Assembly: GCA_013115145.1 (NCBI GenBank)
Contig: JAAPAO010000014.1
Coordinates: 77,854-141,853 of the forward strand
Reading direction: 5' to 3'
DNA length: 64,000 nucleotides
Origin: Perkinsus chesapeaki ATCC PRA-425
Lineage: Eukaryota; Protista; Perkinsozoa
Positions 34,620 through 46,800 of the stretch are shown here, in pieces. Every line of letters starts with the position of its first letter. Within the stretch, counting starts at the first letter, position 1. Position numbers and translations under genes: made by a program. Below the pieces are notes generated by a model, which saw only the letters and a program-made list of their open reading frames with translations, made no database searches and had not been told where the DNA came from.

Positions 34620-37600
34620 TTATAGATCAAGGGAAAACGTTGGTCGCTCGACTTCGCCTTGCTCAGCTCTTTTCTCATATTCGAGAAATTCTGCTTCTTT
34701 AATCTGAGTTAATCTTCATAACCTAAGTAATCTGAGCCCATCTACCGTGAAGAAATTCTGAGATGCTTCCAGCTCATTCCTTAGCCGCCATGCCTTCTGC
34801 GTCTCGTTTGCATAAATCTCCCGATGCTCGGTGAGATTCCCCCGCTGATACCACACTTCAAGTCGATGTGACATGGTAGTGTTCTGCACTAGACGCATAA
34901 CACTAATGCCCGCTACGCCAAGTCTACTCTGATAATCTGGAAGTCTGCCTCGACAGATCGGTATCCTAGTCGCCGATGTACCTCTTCGACCTTGATCATT
35001 GTCTCGTTCACCTAGGATGCTGTTTGAATGACTATTCAAGGGGAGTTGTTCCCTTTACTTTCAACATTGCGCGATACTGCTTCTGACGTTCATGCTCAAG
35101 AGCTTGCTCGACCTCAGCATGGCGCGCCCTCCACTTCAAAGCCTTTCTCAACTTCTCTTCTTCATAAGTCTCAGCCTCTTCTAAGGATCGAGCAGCGCGT
35201 AGAATCTGTTCTGGCCTTCTTCAAAGAATCAAATACTTAAAGCTCCTCACCTCAATCTTCTCGTCTTCTATACCTTTCTTCACTGCTATCTTCTCATCGA
35301 GGAGATTCACCACGGTGTCGTTCAAGCTTATGACATGCGCATGAGCCTCTTCCATTTTTACGGTAGCCTATTTACTGATGGTTGCCAATGCCTACAAGCT
35401 AGAATACCCTTTCACACTCCGCGTTCGCCTCCTCTTCCATTTTCTTGACTGTACGCAGCTGTTCTGAGTCAAGGAAAGGGATGAGAAAAGTGGCATCTCC
35501 TCCGTTGTAGGATAGTTGTTACCCAAGCATATTGTCATGTTATGCGTAGCGTTCTTGAGACGCCCATCTAGCTCGATGTACTGAGATGTCCCCATCACTG
35601 TTGTGAGAGATTCTGCGGCTGCATCAAATCTACAGCAGCACTCGCCACCTCGAGCTTCCACACGATGCTCAACTTTTCTTCTGCTTCTGCCTGGTTCTGT
35701 GTGGCTCGCCTCGCCTCGCTTTCCGCATGCCTATAATGCGCCTCGGCCTCCCGCAAGTCGGAATCGCCAAAGTGACAAGCTTCGGAAGCTGCTCGAGCAG
35801 CCTCCGCGAGAGCTAACTGTGTAATCGAGAAAGATTACAGTCAAGGGCCCCTCACCCGAGAGCCTTTCGTGTTTTGTCCTGCTTTCCGCGGTGGCCTTTT
35901 CCATCATTAACACAGTTCGGTTGAGGCACTCTTCCCGATCCTAATCAAGAATTGATGCTGCTCACATCCGCTTGTCTCTCACTGTCATTATCTCCTCTGC
36001 CATGACGATACCGTCTAGGACGGCGTACCTCTCCAGCTCCTCACGAGCTTTCGCCAGGGCATCCGCCGCTTCTGCAAAATCCACCATTTGTTCAGTTGTT
36101 CATTCCTTCGTCTGCAACGTCTACTAGCTCACCCATTTCAACGACGGAAGCCTCGTCACTTCTGCCTTCTGCATTTGTTACAGTCAACAAAATATCTCGC
36201 AGTGTATCTTTGGCGACTTCCAGATTCTTTTCATAAGCCAATGCCTTTCTCGTCAGTTCAGACTGGCGTGAAGTTAGTGCCCTGAAGTGATGTTCACAGT
36301 AGGCCGACTTAGTCTCCCTTACTCAGAGCGTTCATGGGCATCATTCTTTCGCTTAACAACGTCTTGTAGCTCAATCTCAGATCTGTGCAGCTGTTCGCTC
36401 GAGCCATTAAATTCTATAGTTAACTCGCTGCGTCGTCGTTCAACTACGAGCTCCTCTGAGCAGCAAATGGATGGTTTCATTGAAGAAGGGACTCAATTGC
36501 TCAGGAGTTGGATTACCTTCGAGCCCTTGCTTCGTCCGCTCTGCTGATGATATTAACATCTTCATATTGTCTGCTAGCTTATCATTACTATCTCGCGCAT
36601 TCTGTGCTGACTCGCATTCTATCTGCTCGAAAGTACATTCATTGCTGACATTCATTGCCCGTCGATTGGCGTAGTTAGCAGATCCTACTTCAGCTTTGGA
36701 ATCGTCTCCAATGCGGAACACCCATGAGAGAGCTTTCCTTATGCCCGCCGCTAAACAACTTGTCGTAAGCTGAGCTCTCGAAGTCTCGAGAGTCATTGAT
36801 TCTTGCGATTCTCTCCCTCTCTCCTCAATGGATAATAGTGTTTCACGAAAAGACCTTGAAGTTCCGAGTCAATCTTCAGGAGTGGCTAAACCTCCTACTC
36901 AATCCTCTCGGTAACTTCCAACAAATCTTTTTCTATCGCTACTTTATCTCTTTCATCGTCTCGGAACTCATTCAGCTTGGAGCGAAGTTCCTCGACAGCT
37001 CTTGCTTGCTCTTGCGTTCTTTCCGTTAACCGATCGGCCTCTATCTCGAGCTGATCGATCGTTTCTAAAACCTCTGTGAGCTCCCCTGATATGTGTCCGA
37101 TCTCTTTCTCGATGCGACTCAAGCTTGAAGCCAGTTCATCGACATTTGTACTGGCTGTAGCCTTAGCAGCAACAAGCTCTTCCAGCTGCGAGTGTATGTT
37201 AGTTAAATCTAAAGTTGTACACTTCTTATTGGAGAGGAAGCCGTCGTTCTCCCCACCGAGACACTACAATGGCCTACTGAAGGTTCACCCTTACTTTCAG
37301 TGGCCCCAGTGTAAGTTTTATTAGCCTTTAGGAACGCTTCTCTTGCGGCTTGCCAAGCCGTTCCCTGGGCCTTAGCAGTTCTGACCTCCGTAGCAGCAGA
37401 ACTTGCGTTCAATGATGCTAGAAGAGAATTTAAATGCGCAGCGCGAAAGCCCGGCACACCTTCCGTCGATTTCTCAGCTAATACATCTTGTGCTTCCCTG
37501 GCCTCTATCGCCTCCTGTTCAGCAAGGCTTCGCTTAATTCTCAGGCTATCATGTTTCGCGCACTCCTCCGTTTGTATCGCTGCACTTGATACCGTATCGC

Positions 37601-40338
37601 GTGGATCCTGTGGTGCTCTGATCTAACCTATTATCTCGGACTGCCTCCTGACAGCTGCTCCTGCTCCTTTTATTTCTTCGTCTGCTGCGATAGCCACGGC
37701 CAGCGTCTCATTGAGTTTTTGAGCAGCGACTGTCTTTTTGTCTATAAGCTCTTGGATTCCGATACTTTCATTCCAAAGGGCCAACGCAGCTTCGGCCGAT
37801 TCCATTTCTGATCTAGCTGACTGATATGCGGCACTTGCTGCCTTCAGATTATTTCTGATGGTGCTAATCTCAGAGCCATTGCCTGAGCGGCTAGTTGCGT
37901 CAGATACAGGGTTCTCAACTTAGCTTACAAGCTGCATGGAAAGCTGATAACGTGACCTCGGCGATTTGCTTAGCCTGCTGGAGCTCTTTCTCCCTATTGG
38001 GCAGTTCCTCCTCTATCAAATGGGGGAGCTGAAGTGCAATTGCTCGCAACACGGCTCCGCAACCTCACTCTTTCCTGCATAGCGTGCAGCCGGCGAGTGG
38101 TTTCAATGAGAGTGTCATTCGCCTCCCGGGTAGTTCGCACTGCAACACTTAGCGCTTCCTCAGCGGCCGTTAGCGACTCAGATGTCTTTCTACAATGACT
38201 TGAATGCGGGCGGATCAGCTAGTTCGAAAGCCTCACGTGAAGTTGTTGACTATTGGCGGCATTGATACATTGATGATGTAATGTAAAGACTCTTCTGCTC
38301 TAGCCAAGTCAAACGTTGCAAGTCGGTTCATGTCATGGTTTATAATAGGCAGGATTCGAGCCTAGGAGGAGCTCTATTGTCAGTAGAACAACCGTGACAT
38401 GCGACCTGTTGATGGGCATGAGCTCTTTCCGATGCATTCAATCTTTGCTCAGCAAGCGTGAGATTCGCCACAAAAGACGCTGTCTTATCTTCCAGCTCCC
38501 CTAGTTTTCTGAGTAGCTGCACCTTGGGCGATGGAGAGGTGTGGATTTACTTCAGCTGGGCGTTGTAGGCGTACAGGCTTTCGTTCATAACGTGCCATGC
38601 TTTGACCATCCTGAACTTGTGCTCTTCATCACAGTAGTAACTAAGGGATCTAGGGCAGTCGACGCAGCCTTCCTCTTCCTTTCGGATTTCCTGAAAACGA
38701 ATCCATAGAAGATGCACTCGGGAATAGTGGTACCTCGCACATGATCCCCTTGAAGTCCTGTTGGCAGCATCGCTCATAAGTGAAGGGCCCGTTCCAGCAA
38801 CGCTCATCTCCATAGGGACCACGTGAAGGGTCACAACAGAAACTGTATATCCATGTTAGCTGGCGGAAATAGGAACGATCAGCTCATCACTAGCAACTCA
38901 TATATTCGAATTGAGAGTGTTGTGGCCAACAAGTGCGGTCCTTCATTGGTGTACATGTCTTCACCTTTGGCACTACGCTCTTTCGGCGATGAACAAGAGA
39001 CGCCCCATTGTATGCCATACCTACTCTCAGACCCACTACAATGATACACTGATACACGGAAAAAAAGCACTTGCAAGGTCTATCTTGCCAGTTGTCTGGC
39101 TGTAGGAAAGACGGGGTTCCTCCCCTTTCTCTGGGTCTCCAGCCCAGTAGTCCGCCCTGGCAACAATGGATGAGGTTTTGCCGGAAAAACGCTTCCTACC
39201 ACGCTCTGAGAGAATTCCCATTATCTTTCCAGAAAGGAAAAGCTGTACGGTTTAGGCAGGACGTGATCTCGGGCAGCAGAAATCGTCTCATTGCATCGAC
39301 ATGCTACGGAAGGAAGGCCATGCATCGCCACAGACTGATACGTTTTCTAGCGCTTCTTTGCACCTGATACCAGCCTTGCAGCCTTAGCTGCTCGTTGAGC
39401 CCATCCACATCATCATATTTTCGCGGCTCAGGATCGCTCAGTTTTATTAAGTACTGGTGAACGCACCTAAAGTAGACTAACAATCTGACGAATGAACTCG
39501 GTATGGGCAGAGCCAGCTGCCGCTCTCGAAATTCTGCTCGTACCAGAAATGCAGGAGCATATTTCCCACAGGGCAAGCCCATTTAATCATTTCTCTGTTA
39601 TAATCTCTCCAGGCTTCCTGTCCAAGGTCCACTATACTCTGTGGACTGAACGCGTATCTGCCGTTCCGCATGCATTCGGGTAGGGTTTAGTAGCTGACTT
39701 CTTCCCCTCCTGATTGAATAGGAATGTGTGTATTTCATGTGGACAGGTCTGGTCCATAATCCACTGGTAGAGAGGGTGCTCTGGGTTTCCTAATCTCGCT
39801 TTGAAGCCTCCATCCTGTGGATCCCCCACGAAACTGATCAGCAACGTCCGTAACTTCCCTCTAATGGCAAATGCCAGACTAGTCGTCCCAGTTCAAGAAG
39901 GTTCAAGAGTGCAACATACGGTAATGGCGCACACCGGAGAGCTGTTCGAGGCGCTCGCGGCGACCTTAGCGCCCCTTGGGCCAGTTCGCGACCAATGAAA
40001 CGAGGAAGAAGAGGCGATGTGCTTGAAACAGTTGTTAAGCATTCGGAAGCAGCTGCCAGTGTCGCGGCTCACTTGTCAAGCATTGTTATGTGATGGAACC
40101 AATAGTTATCTCTCCAATCACATTCACACATCGACCAGTCTGGTGGGGTACATCCTTCAAGTGATAGGGCCGCTATTATGACCAGAGCCCGCGTTATAAT
40201 GGTATATAACGTGCGGACTGGGGAAGAGGGTTTCGTGTTATCCGGATACATAGGCGGTGTTACAGTCCTTGTAGGAACACTAATGCCTTTATAGCCACTC
40301 AAAACAAAACATAGAAAGGTGATAACAGCATTTATCAT
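34620..40338 (-). CDS. Large multi-exon protein: hydrophobic N-terminus, Cys motif (FCCDP..G..GD..CWNGPFTYERCC) and very long coiled coil; could be two genes
   Basis: Heptad-rich exons at 34620-38520 join through ~44-bp introns (e.g. 36855-36898). Cys exon near 38740-38850. Leader MINAVITFLCFVLSG at 40338. Confidence 0.5.
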
Positions 40339-40599
40339 GATTAATATTTTCAGTTGGTTCAAAAAGCTAAAGCCTGGCAGTGTAAGATGCACGTGCGACA
40401 GTTACTCAACAGTATACGAAGCCTCCATGGTAACCACCAGCGAAGGGTCTGAAATCACAGGATGGGGACAAGTTGCACAATACTGGCAGTGAAACAAGGT
40501 CGTTTCCGTCATTAGGATCACGCTGGGGATAAAAGCTTACCTTTGATCAACCTGCGTGAAGGTGAATGGCGTTGGTGATGTGCACAGTGGGGTTCCTTG

Positions 40600-41400
40600 C
40601 TTCGTGCTGAAAGAGTGGTATGAGCCAATCATAGGCAACCGCCAGCTTACCACGCTGTCTCCACAGAGAGAAACGATGGCCTCCTATTGGACGTTTCTGT
40701 AGCACCTCCAAAATTGTCACCAATGGTCCGAGCCATAGGTGGCAGGCTTTTCACACGGACACTTGCGTTCTGGTCTCGTCGAGCCATGGCGACGATAGGC
40801 AGGTGATCGGTGTAGAAGCGCAGCCTAAGGTACAGCGTCGGTGAGCGTGGCGTTAAGTTGCCTACGGATTTCTCGGCTTAGATCGTTCTCTCCATGATGG
40901 ATTTCGCGGTGGATCTTTCACAAACTGAGTAGCCATGGCAATGTCATCAGACTTCAATGCTTACTCCTGCGTTGAAGTTAGGCCCCATAATATTCTCTTT
41001 TCGTATAGCCGCCTTAGTGGCTATATCGGAAAGTAAAGTAGAACGGCCGAAACCAGGAGGAGCCGCCGAAGTGGCGTCCAACGACTGAATAAAATGAGCT
41101 ACTAGCGGCGGTTCGTGAAGCTAAGACGCGCCCCGACCTGTGCTGACCATGCGTCTGCAAGGCGAACTAAACTGTTGCTCCGTCGTGGTCGCGTTGTTGA
41201 CATGGTTAACAAGACTGTCCAAAACAGCGAAACGATAGTAAAGACACTACACTGCTTTATTAGAGAGTTATCCAGAGCTTCATAGCTAAACTGTCTACGA
41301 GACGCGGGAATCGTGACGTTCGCAATTCCGCGCTGAGCGGAGCGAAGCAATTCATGTTTGAAATTTTTTGTCTGGCAAGTCTCATACAACGCTCCAAATT
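40600..41400 (-). mobile_element. Degenerate Ty3/Gypsy pol relic (RT connection-RNase H)
   Basis: LADAWSAQVGARL (cf. TDAS..GVGAVL) and FYTDHLPIVAM (cf. VYTDHKPL) occur in the expected order, broken by stops and frameshifts. Confidence 0.45.
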
Positions 41401-41959
41401 GCTCTATCTCATCATGTAAGCTACAGTACCCTCGAAGACAGCCAGATGCACTCTCGAACCTTAGTCGAACTTGTACGAGCTAGCTACGCGGATCAATTCG
41501 AGTTTTGCTGGGCTTAATCCGGCTTGATGGACAACTCGGTATGATTCAAATGTGATAAGAGATACCGCCAGGAATTCATAGTGCGGCGGCATACATCATC
41601 TGAGGCCTCTCTAGTGAGCATAATTCCCCCTACGGAGCAAGGCTGTGCTCTTGCTGGTACCCGAATCAGGTTGGGAAGAGTCTTAACGCGTGGAGGCATT
41701 CGTAGGGCACGGCTGGGCCAGAAGACAACTCTATGATACCCTTCAACAGTGTATTGCAGTCCAAGCCTTACGTAGGATACACTAGGGAAAACCAACTCAC
41801 TTGTTCTTACGTATCTCCTACACACGAACTAATTTAGTCCGTAGTGATATGTTCTAAAATACGCTTGGTGCCTCATACTAGGTTTAAACCGTTTAATGTG
41901 CTTTGGCGTATTTGCTCCATATTGCTGTTTTATTGTTAGTAGGATATTTGGCCTTTCAA

Positions 41960-43269
41960 ATGAGTACTCCCAGTACAGACGGAGAGCCATCATTAACTAA
42001 GATAGCATTGACGAACGCTGAGCGTAGAGAGGTTGATGCCAAAGGCAACCTATTTAGTATCATCAAGGCTGTTGACGCAGTTGAAAAGGCGTTTGCCACT
42101 GGTAGTAACATCGGGCAGGATGGCGGGGGAAAGCATGGGAACAGCTAAGTGGATGTAAAGGGCGTCTCGGAGCCTTCTCCCGGCTAATTTTGAGCTTTTC
42201 TAGCTGATCAAAGAACTGATCGTAAACTGAGGAGATCGAAAATGAGATTTCAGAATTTGAACGAATAGGGTTTCGGGGGCCTTTGGGTCGTATCATAAAG
42301 AATTTAGCTGAGAAAAACCACCACCGCCGTGCCGTGCGCAATTTACTATCAGGGATCTCCGATTTAGTGAAGGTGCTATAGGAATAGTGGAACCCTTTTG
42401 CTGGAATGGGAAATTCCTGTATTGTACGCTCAAGGTTTATTGCCACTTAATGGAGAATGTTAGGCTTAGTCGGCGATGAGGCTTATGAGAAGCAGTACCA
42501 GCAGTTGCTGACGCAGTATAAGGTAGGGTTAGTGTTGGTTAAGTGGAGGGGCAAAGTATAAGGGTTAGGTTATAACAACAGCATTGACGCAGGGAGCAAC
42601 GCCATTTGATGTTGAAAAGTTTATAAAGGATAATCATATGCAGGCAATGATGATGCAATAGTGGTGTTGGTGGTTAAAATAATGGTGGGTGCAGGTCCAC
42701 TATGCCAGAGTACGGTTACTAGGAACACAGCTACCGGCTACTAAGATGTATCATAGCGGAGAGAAGGTAGGGGCTGGATTAAGATGTTATGGAATGCTCT
42801 GTCAGGGGTCGCCTGATACTGTTAATATCTTGGACGCGGGGCAACACTTTGTCACCTTGGTGGATTGCCTTAAGATGGAAATGGTGCGTATTGTTGTTGA
42901 ACAGTTTTCTACGTTATAGTTGGTACTAGGTCTCAGTGGACGATCTTCTACCTATAGTTCGAGAGCTCTGTGGGAGCCTGGCCAGCATATCATCTCTACC
43001 TGTGGATTTTGAAGCTAAGGTGGAGGGACTATGCGTGCTTCTGGTGATGGTGAAAGATACTCTCGTTGTTGATGTTGGCAGGTAACTGTCCAGAAATGGC
43101 TCACCAAACTGAATTCAATGCGAGCATCGGATAAGCTATCGGAGGTAACAACGACTGTCTGATTCTTCGTTCGTATCCGTTTTTGTGGTAGGATGATTCT
43201 CGGCAGTTTTCCTTGGAGCTTGATGGTGCCTATGCAGCGTTCCATAAGGCAGTGAGGAATATTCGATGA
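41960..43269 (+). CDS. VPS28: ESCRT-I subunit VPS28, multi-exon
   Basis: Spliced translation: ERREVDAKGNLFSIIKAVDAVEKAF...AYEKQYQQLLTQYK...QHFVTLVDCLKMEM...VDDLLPIVRELCGSL...LPVDFEAK...KWLTKLNSMRASDKLSE...RQFSLELDGAYAAFHK. Confidence 0.92.
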
Positions 43270-43880
43270 TGCTGATTGGGGAGGGACACTCTCTGTTCTT
43301 GTACCTTTTCTGTGAACATTTAATTCACCTTTTGTAGTAGCAATACTTTAGTCGATCGTTGAGTTGTTTATACAGGGGCGAGTGTGGCTGTTGCCGGGGT
43401 GAGTACTAGTGGGTAGTAAGATGCTTCCGAACACTAAAGGGTATTAAGTAGCTCCTAGAGATTACAGACCTCTCATGCCAGGTTAACTCGTAATCTAAAT
43501 GGAGCTTGTAGTAAAGAGGGACTTGCTCGAGACTATTACTGCCCGGCAAGCCTCACACGTTGTGGAAGTGCATTATCAATCGCGATTTCGAGCGGAGATT
43601 CTTCGAGGACAACGATGAAGAGTTGGCGACCAACCATTGAAGCCTTCAAATTTCCCTGTTGGACGTTCTTGGTTCTAGGAATTTAGTAGGGTAGGAAATT
43701 GGGACTCGGGGTGAAATCTTGTGACAAGAGTAGCAGCCAATATGGGTACTTACTGCAGCCAATACTGACATAGTAAGCTGTATGGTAGCCTAGCATTTGC
43801 GGTATCAGTTTATTTTAAAAGGGGCATATCATCGTCCCTTGCACTGTTCTATCAGTGGAAACCACCTATTGTTTTCTGCA

Positions 43881-46800
43881 ATGGATGAGCTATACGAAGA
43901 GGACCTAGAAGAGTGAGTTATTAGCGCAACACACCGTCACAAGCGGGTCTCATCAGGTTGTCTCCGTTGCCTTTGGCTAGCGGCCAAGAGGGGTATCTAT
44001 CTGGCAGTGGCGGAGGCATCATATACGATAGGCTTCAGAGAATCTTTAGGCTTTATACCACCGACTCTATGTGAGCTACTTCGAGGGAGCTGCGCTGGAC
44101 TGAAGGCAAATAGGTATGCCTTTCGTATTACTACTACTGGTCAATTGGAGCATCTTTATTGGGGACCGAGTATTCCACCGGAGGATGATTTAACATTCTT
44201 ATCCCTAAACTCATTGACTATGGCCAGCCCGTTCGATCCCACTGGACAGGCCGAGCCTGTCGGCATAAGGGTGAGCGTAAAGCCATTTTCGAGGCGCGTG
44301 ACGATGTGTCTGTGTAGGAGTTGACGTCGGACATGGGTAAAAAGCTCCAAGTTGAGGATCTGAGCGAGCGCTGGAAGACTTACACTAAAGAGGCTAAGAG
44401 CGGCATTGGTATTTTCGTGGCGAGTGACAGTTTGTGGATCTTATGTGAGTAGGTGAAGATGTTAGGAGAGAAAACGCCTTTTGGAGACGATGGAGGATGG
44501 CACAGCTGGGCAGAAGCGATTCTCCCAAAGTCGAGATTGGCGCTGATCTAGATGGACAAGGAGGTAACAGTGAGAGGAACTTTACAGTTTACCATTGAAG
44601 AGCGCACCACTGACTGTAGGCTGCGTTCAGTACGTGTATGAGATCACGACAAAAAGCGACAAAAGTTTATATGTTTTTGGAGAACAGTTCCGTGGGAACT
44701 GTACCAATATTACTGTTGTTCACTGCTGTTGAATGACCTCTTGCGCTCTCTGCCCGCTTTGTTGTTCTTTGATCGCTCTACTACACATTTCGATGACGTA
44801 GGTGAAATTAAGGCTAAGAGAGACCGCACAGTCAATCCATTGAAGCTGCGCTCAAGTAAGATACCGTAGTCTTGAACGGTGGCTGCCGCCAGATTGAATC
44901 GATTGATAGATTGCCACATTAGATACGCTTGACCTTGAGGTTTGTGAAGAGGATAAGCCACTTGGCTGTGGTAAGAGCGATGGGCGAGGTGGTGAGGCAA
45001 CACGTCCATCCGAAGAATCTTTGTCTACCGAATTCTAGAAAGTTGCTTATAACCTTTCACTTCTATCTTTTAATATTTTCGGTGTGTCACTGCGATTCGG
45101 TACAAGACTGTAATGCTCCTTATCATACTACTGTACATGGAGATCATCGGTCGTGGTTTTAGCCCCTGACGCGGCGCCTGTCGGCCGAATATCATCTCCT
45201 CTGGGGACACTGCGACATGATCGTAAAGCACAAGATGGGTCGCCGACGAAGGCCTTGCCCAGCTGTACGGTAGCCTTTTTGGAAGTGCATTGAGATATCT
45301 CCTCTTAGGGGTGCATCAGCATGCACGACGCCAGAGGAGCTCATCAGCCGCTGTGGGTCCAATGTTAGAACGAGGGAAGTCTGTGGGTCACGGGAGACGA
45401 TTCACTACGCATGCGGGGAGACCGTCTAGCCCATCTAGATCAGAGGAAGAGGTAGGTGATGTTATAGACTTAAGGGTAGTAGCTAATAAACTCCTTAGGC
45501 TGGAGCTACACATGTAACACAACAGATAATGGGTAAAAACTCCCTTATGTTGGAGTATAGTGATTATGGTACCGGAGACTATAGGCTACCAAGCTTTAAG
45601 GTAAACAGTAACAGGAACACCCATGCAGTTGATTGGTAGGTTCGATACAACGCAGAGTCGAGGCTTGGACACAGTGACATATCACCTTTAGAGTACAGAG
45701 ATCATATCATAGTCCGAGGGAAGCCGCTCATAGTCGGGGACCCGGATGCATCACTACCTCAAGTAGGTATGGAGGAACTTTATCGCGTTATCAATGAGGC
45801 GACCATAGACCATAGGCGTCGATTGAAATGGTCCTTAATAACGAGCAAATAGATGATACACCAACTACGTCTTCCTGCTCTATACAGACCATGGGCTCTA
45901 TAGTGTTAAATGTCTGCTATTAGTAGCAGCCTAGTACGGCATTCAATACTCAAACATCGTATCCTTGTTCTGTGAATGATAAGTGATCGTGAGCCCGCAG
46001 TTCGTTCGCCAATTGAGATACGTATTCACAAATATTTACAACGGCATCCTTGGACCTATGTCATTGGCCATGGTGGACCTTGGAAACTTCTAGGCAAATA
46101 GCTCAATGTGCTATGCTGACATGAAAGTGAAACGAGGTATTATTCTACTCGCGAAGGTATCGAGGCACTCCTCAACGACTTCCTACCCCGACGTGACATT
46201 TCCAACAACACCAGAGTCGAGAATGCGAGACCATTTAACCGTTGAATTTCTAGAACTTCCCCTTGAATTTCAACGTTGGCTAGCCCTTGGCTAGCTATTC
46301 ACAGACAATGAAGCGAAGTTGGAGCGTTGGCTAGCCTATGATTCACAGACAATGAAGCGAAGTTGGAGCGTTGGCTAGCCTATGATTCACAGACAATGAA
46401 GCGAAGTTGGAGCGNNNNNNNNNNNNNNNNNNNNNNNNNNNNNNNNNNNNNNNNNNNNNNNNNNNNNNNNNNNNNNNNNNNNNNNNNNNNNNNNNNNNNN
46501 NNNNNNNNNNNNCGTTGGCTAGCCTATGATTCACAGACAATGAAGCGAAGTTGGAGAAGTAAAGCATTGTCTAGCGAAATTGTCGACTACCGAATAAACG
46601 AGCAGTTGACAAACTTCCACTACCAAAGATACTTGTTGAAGGCAATCACCGCAGCGCTGATGTTAGTGATGCTTTGAGCAGAAATACTTATAAGTCTTGG
46701 CCGGCTGTATCCCGAACTTGAGAGCTTTTATGACAATATTTAATAGTACGGTTGGCTAAGTCCATCTCTTACTTGTCCCTTCCATAAAAGGGCAGTGTTT

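Noticed and set aside
36841-36900. In-frame TAG codons and an apparent frameshift in the coiled-coil gene, suggesting a pseudogene or stop-to-Gln reassignment
   Set aside because: A 44-bp GT-AG intron (36898-36855) removes both stops and restores the frame (…ERIE-SFRETLL…).
38547-39850. Possible retroviral integrase (SLMSDAA, LYAYN) with the coiled-coil gene as an env-like extra ORF
   Set aside because: Another frame gives a coherent Cys motif exon and the region splices into the coiled-coil gene through ordinary introns. No DDE or HHCC set could be assembled.
46273-46556. CRISPR-like direct repeats
   Set aside because: The units are contiguous with no spacers, lie within a retroelement relic, and the genome is eukaryotic.
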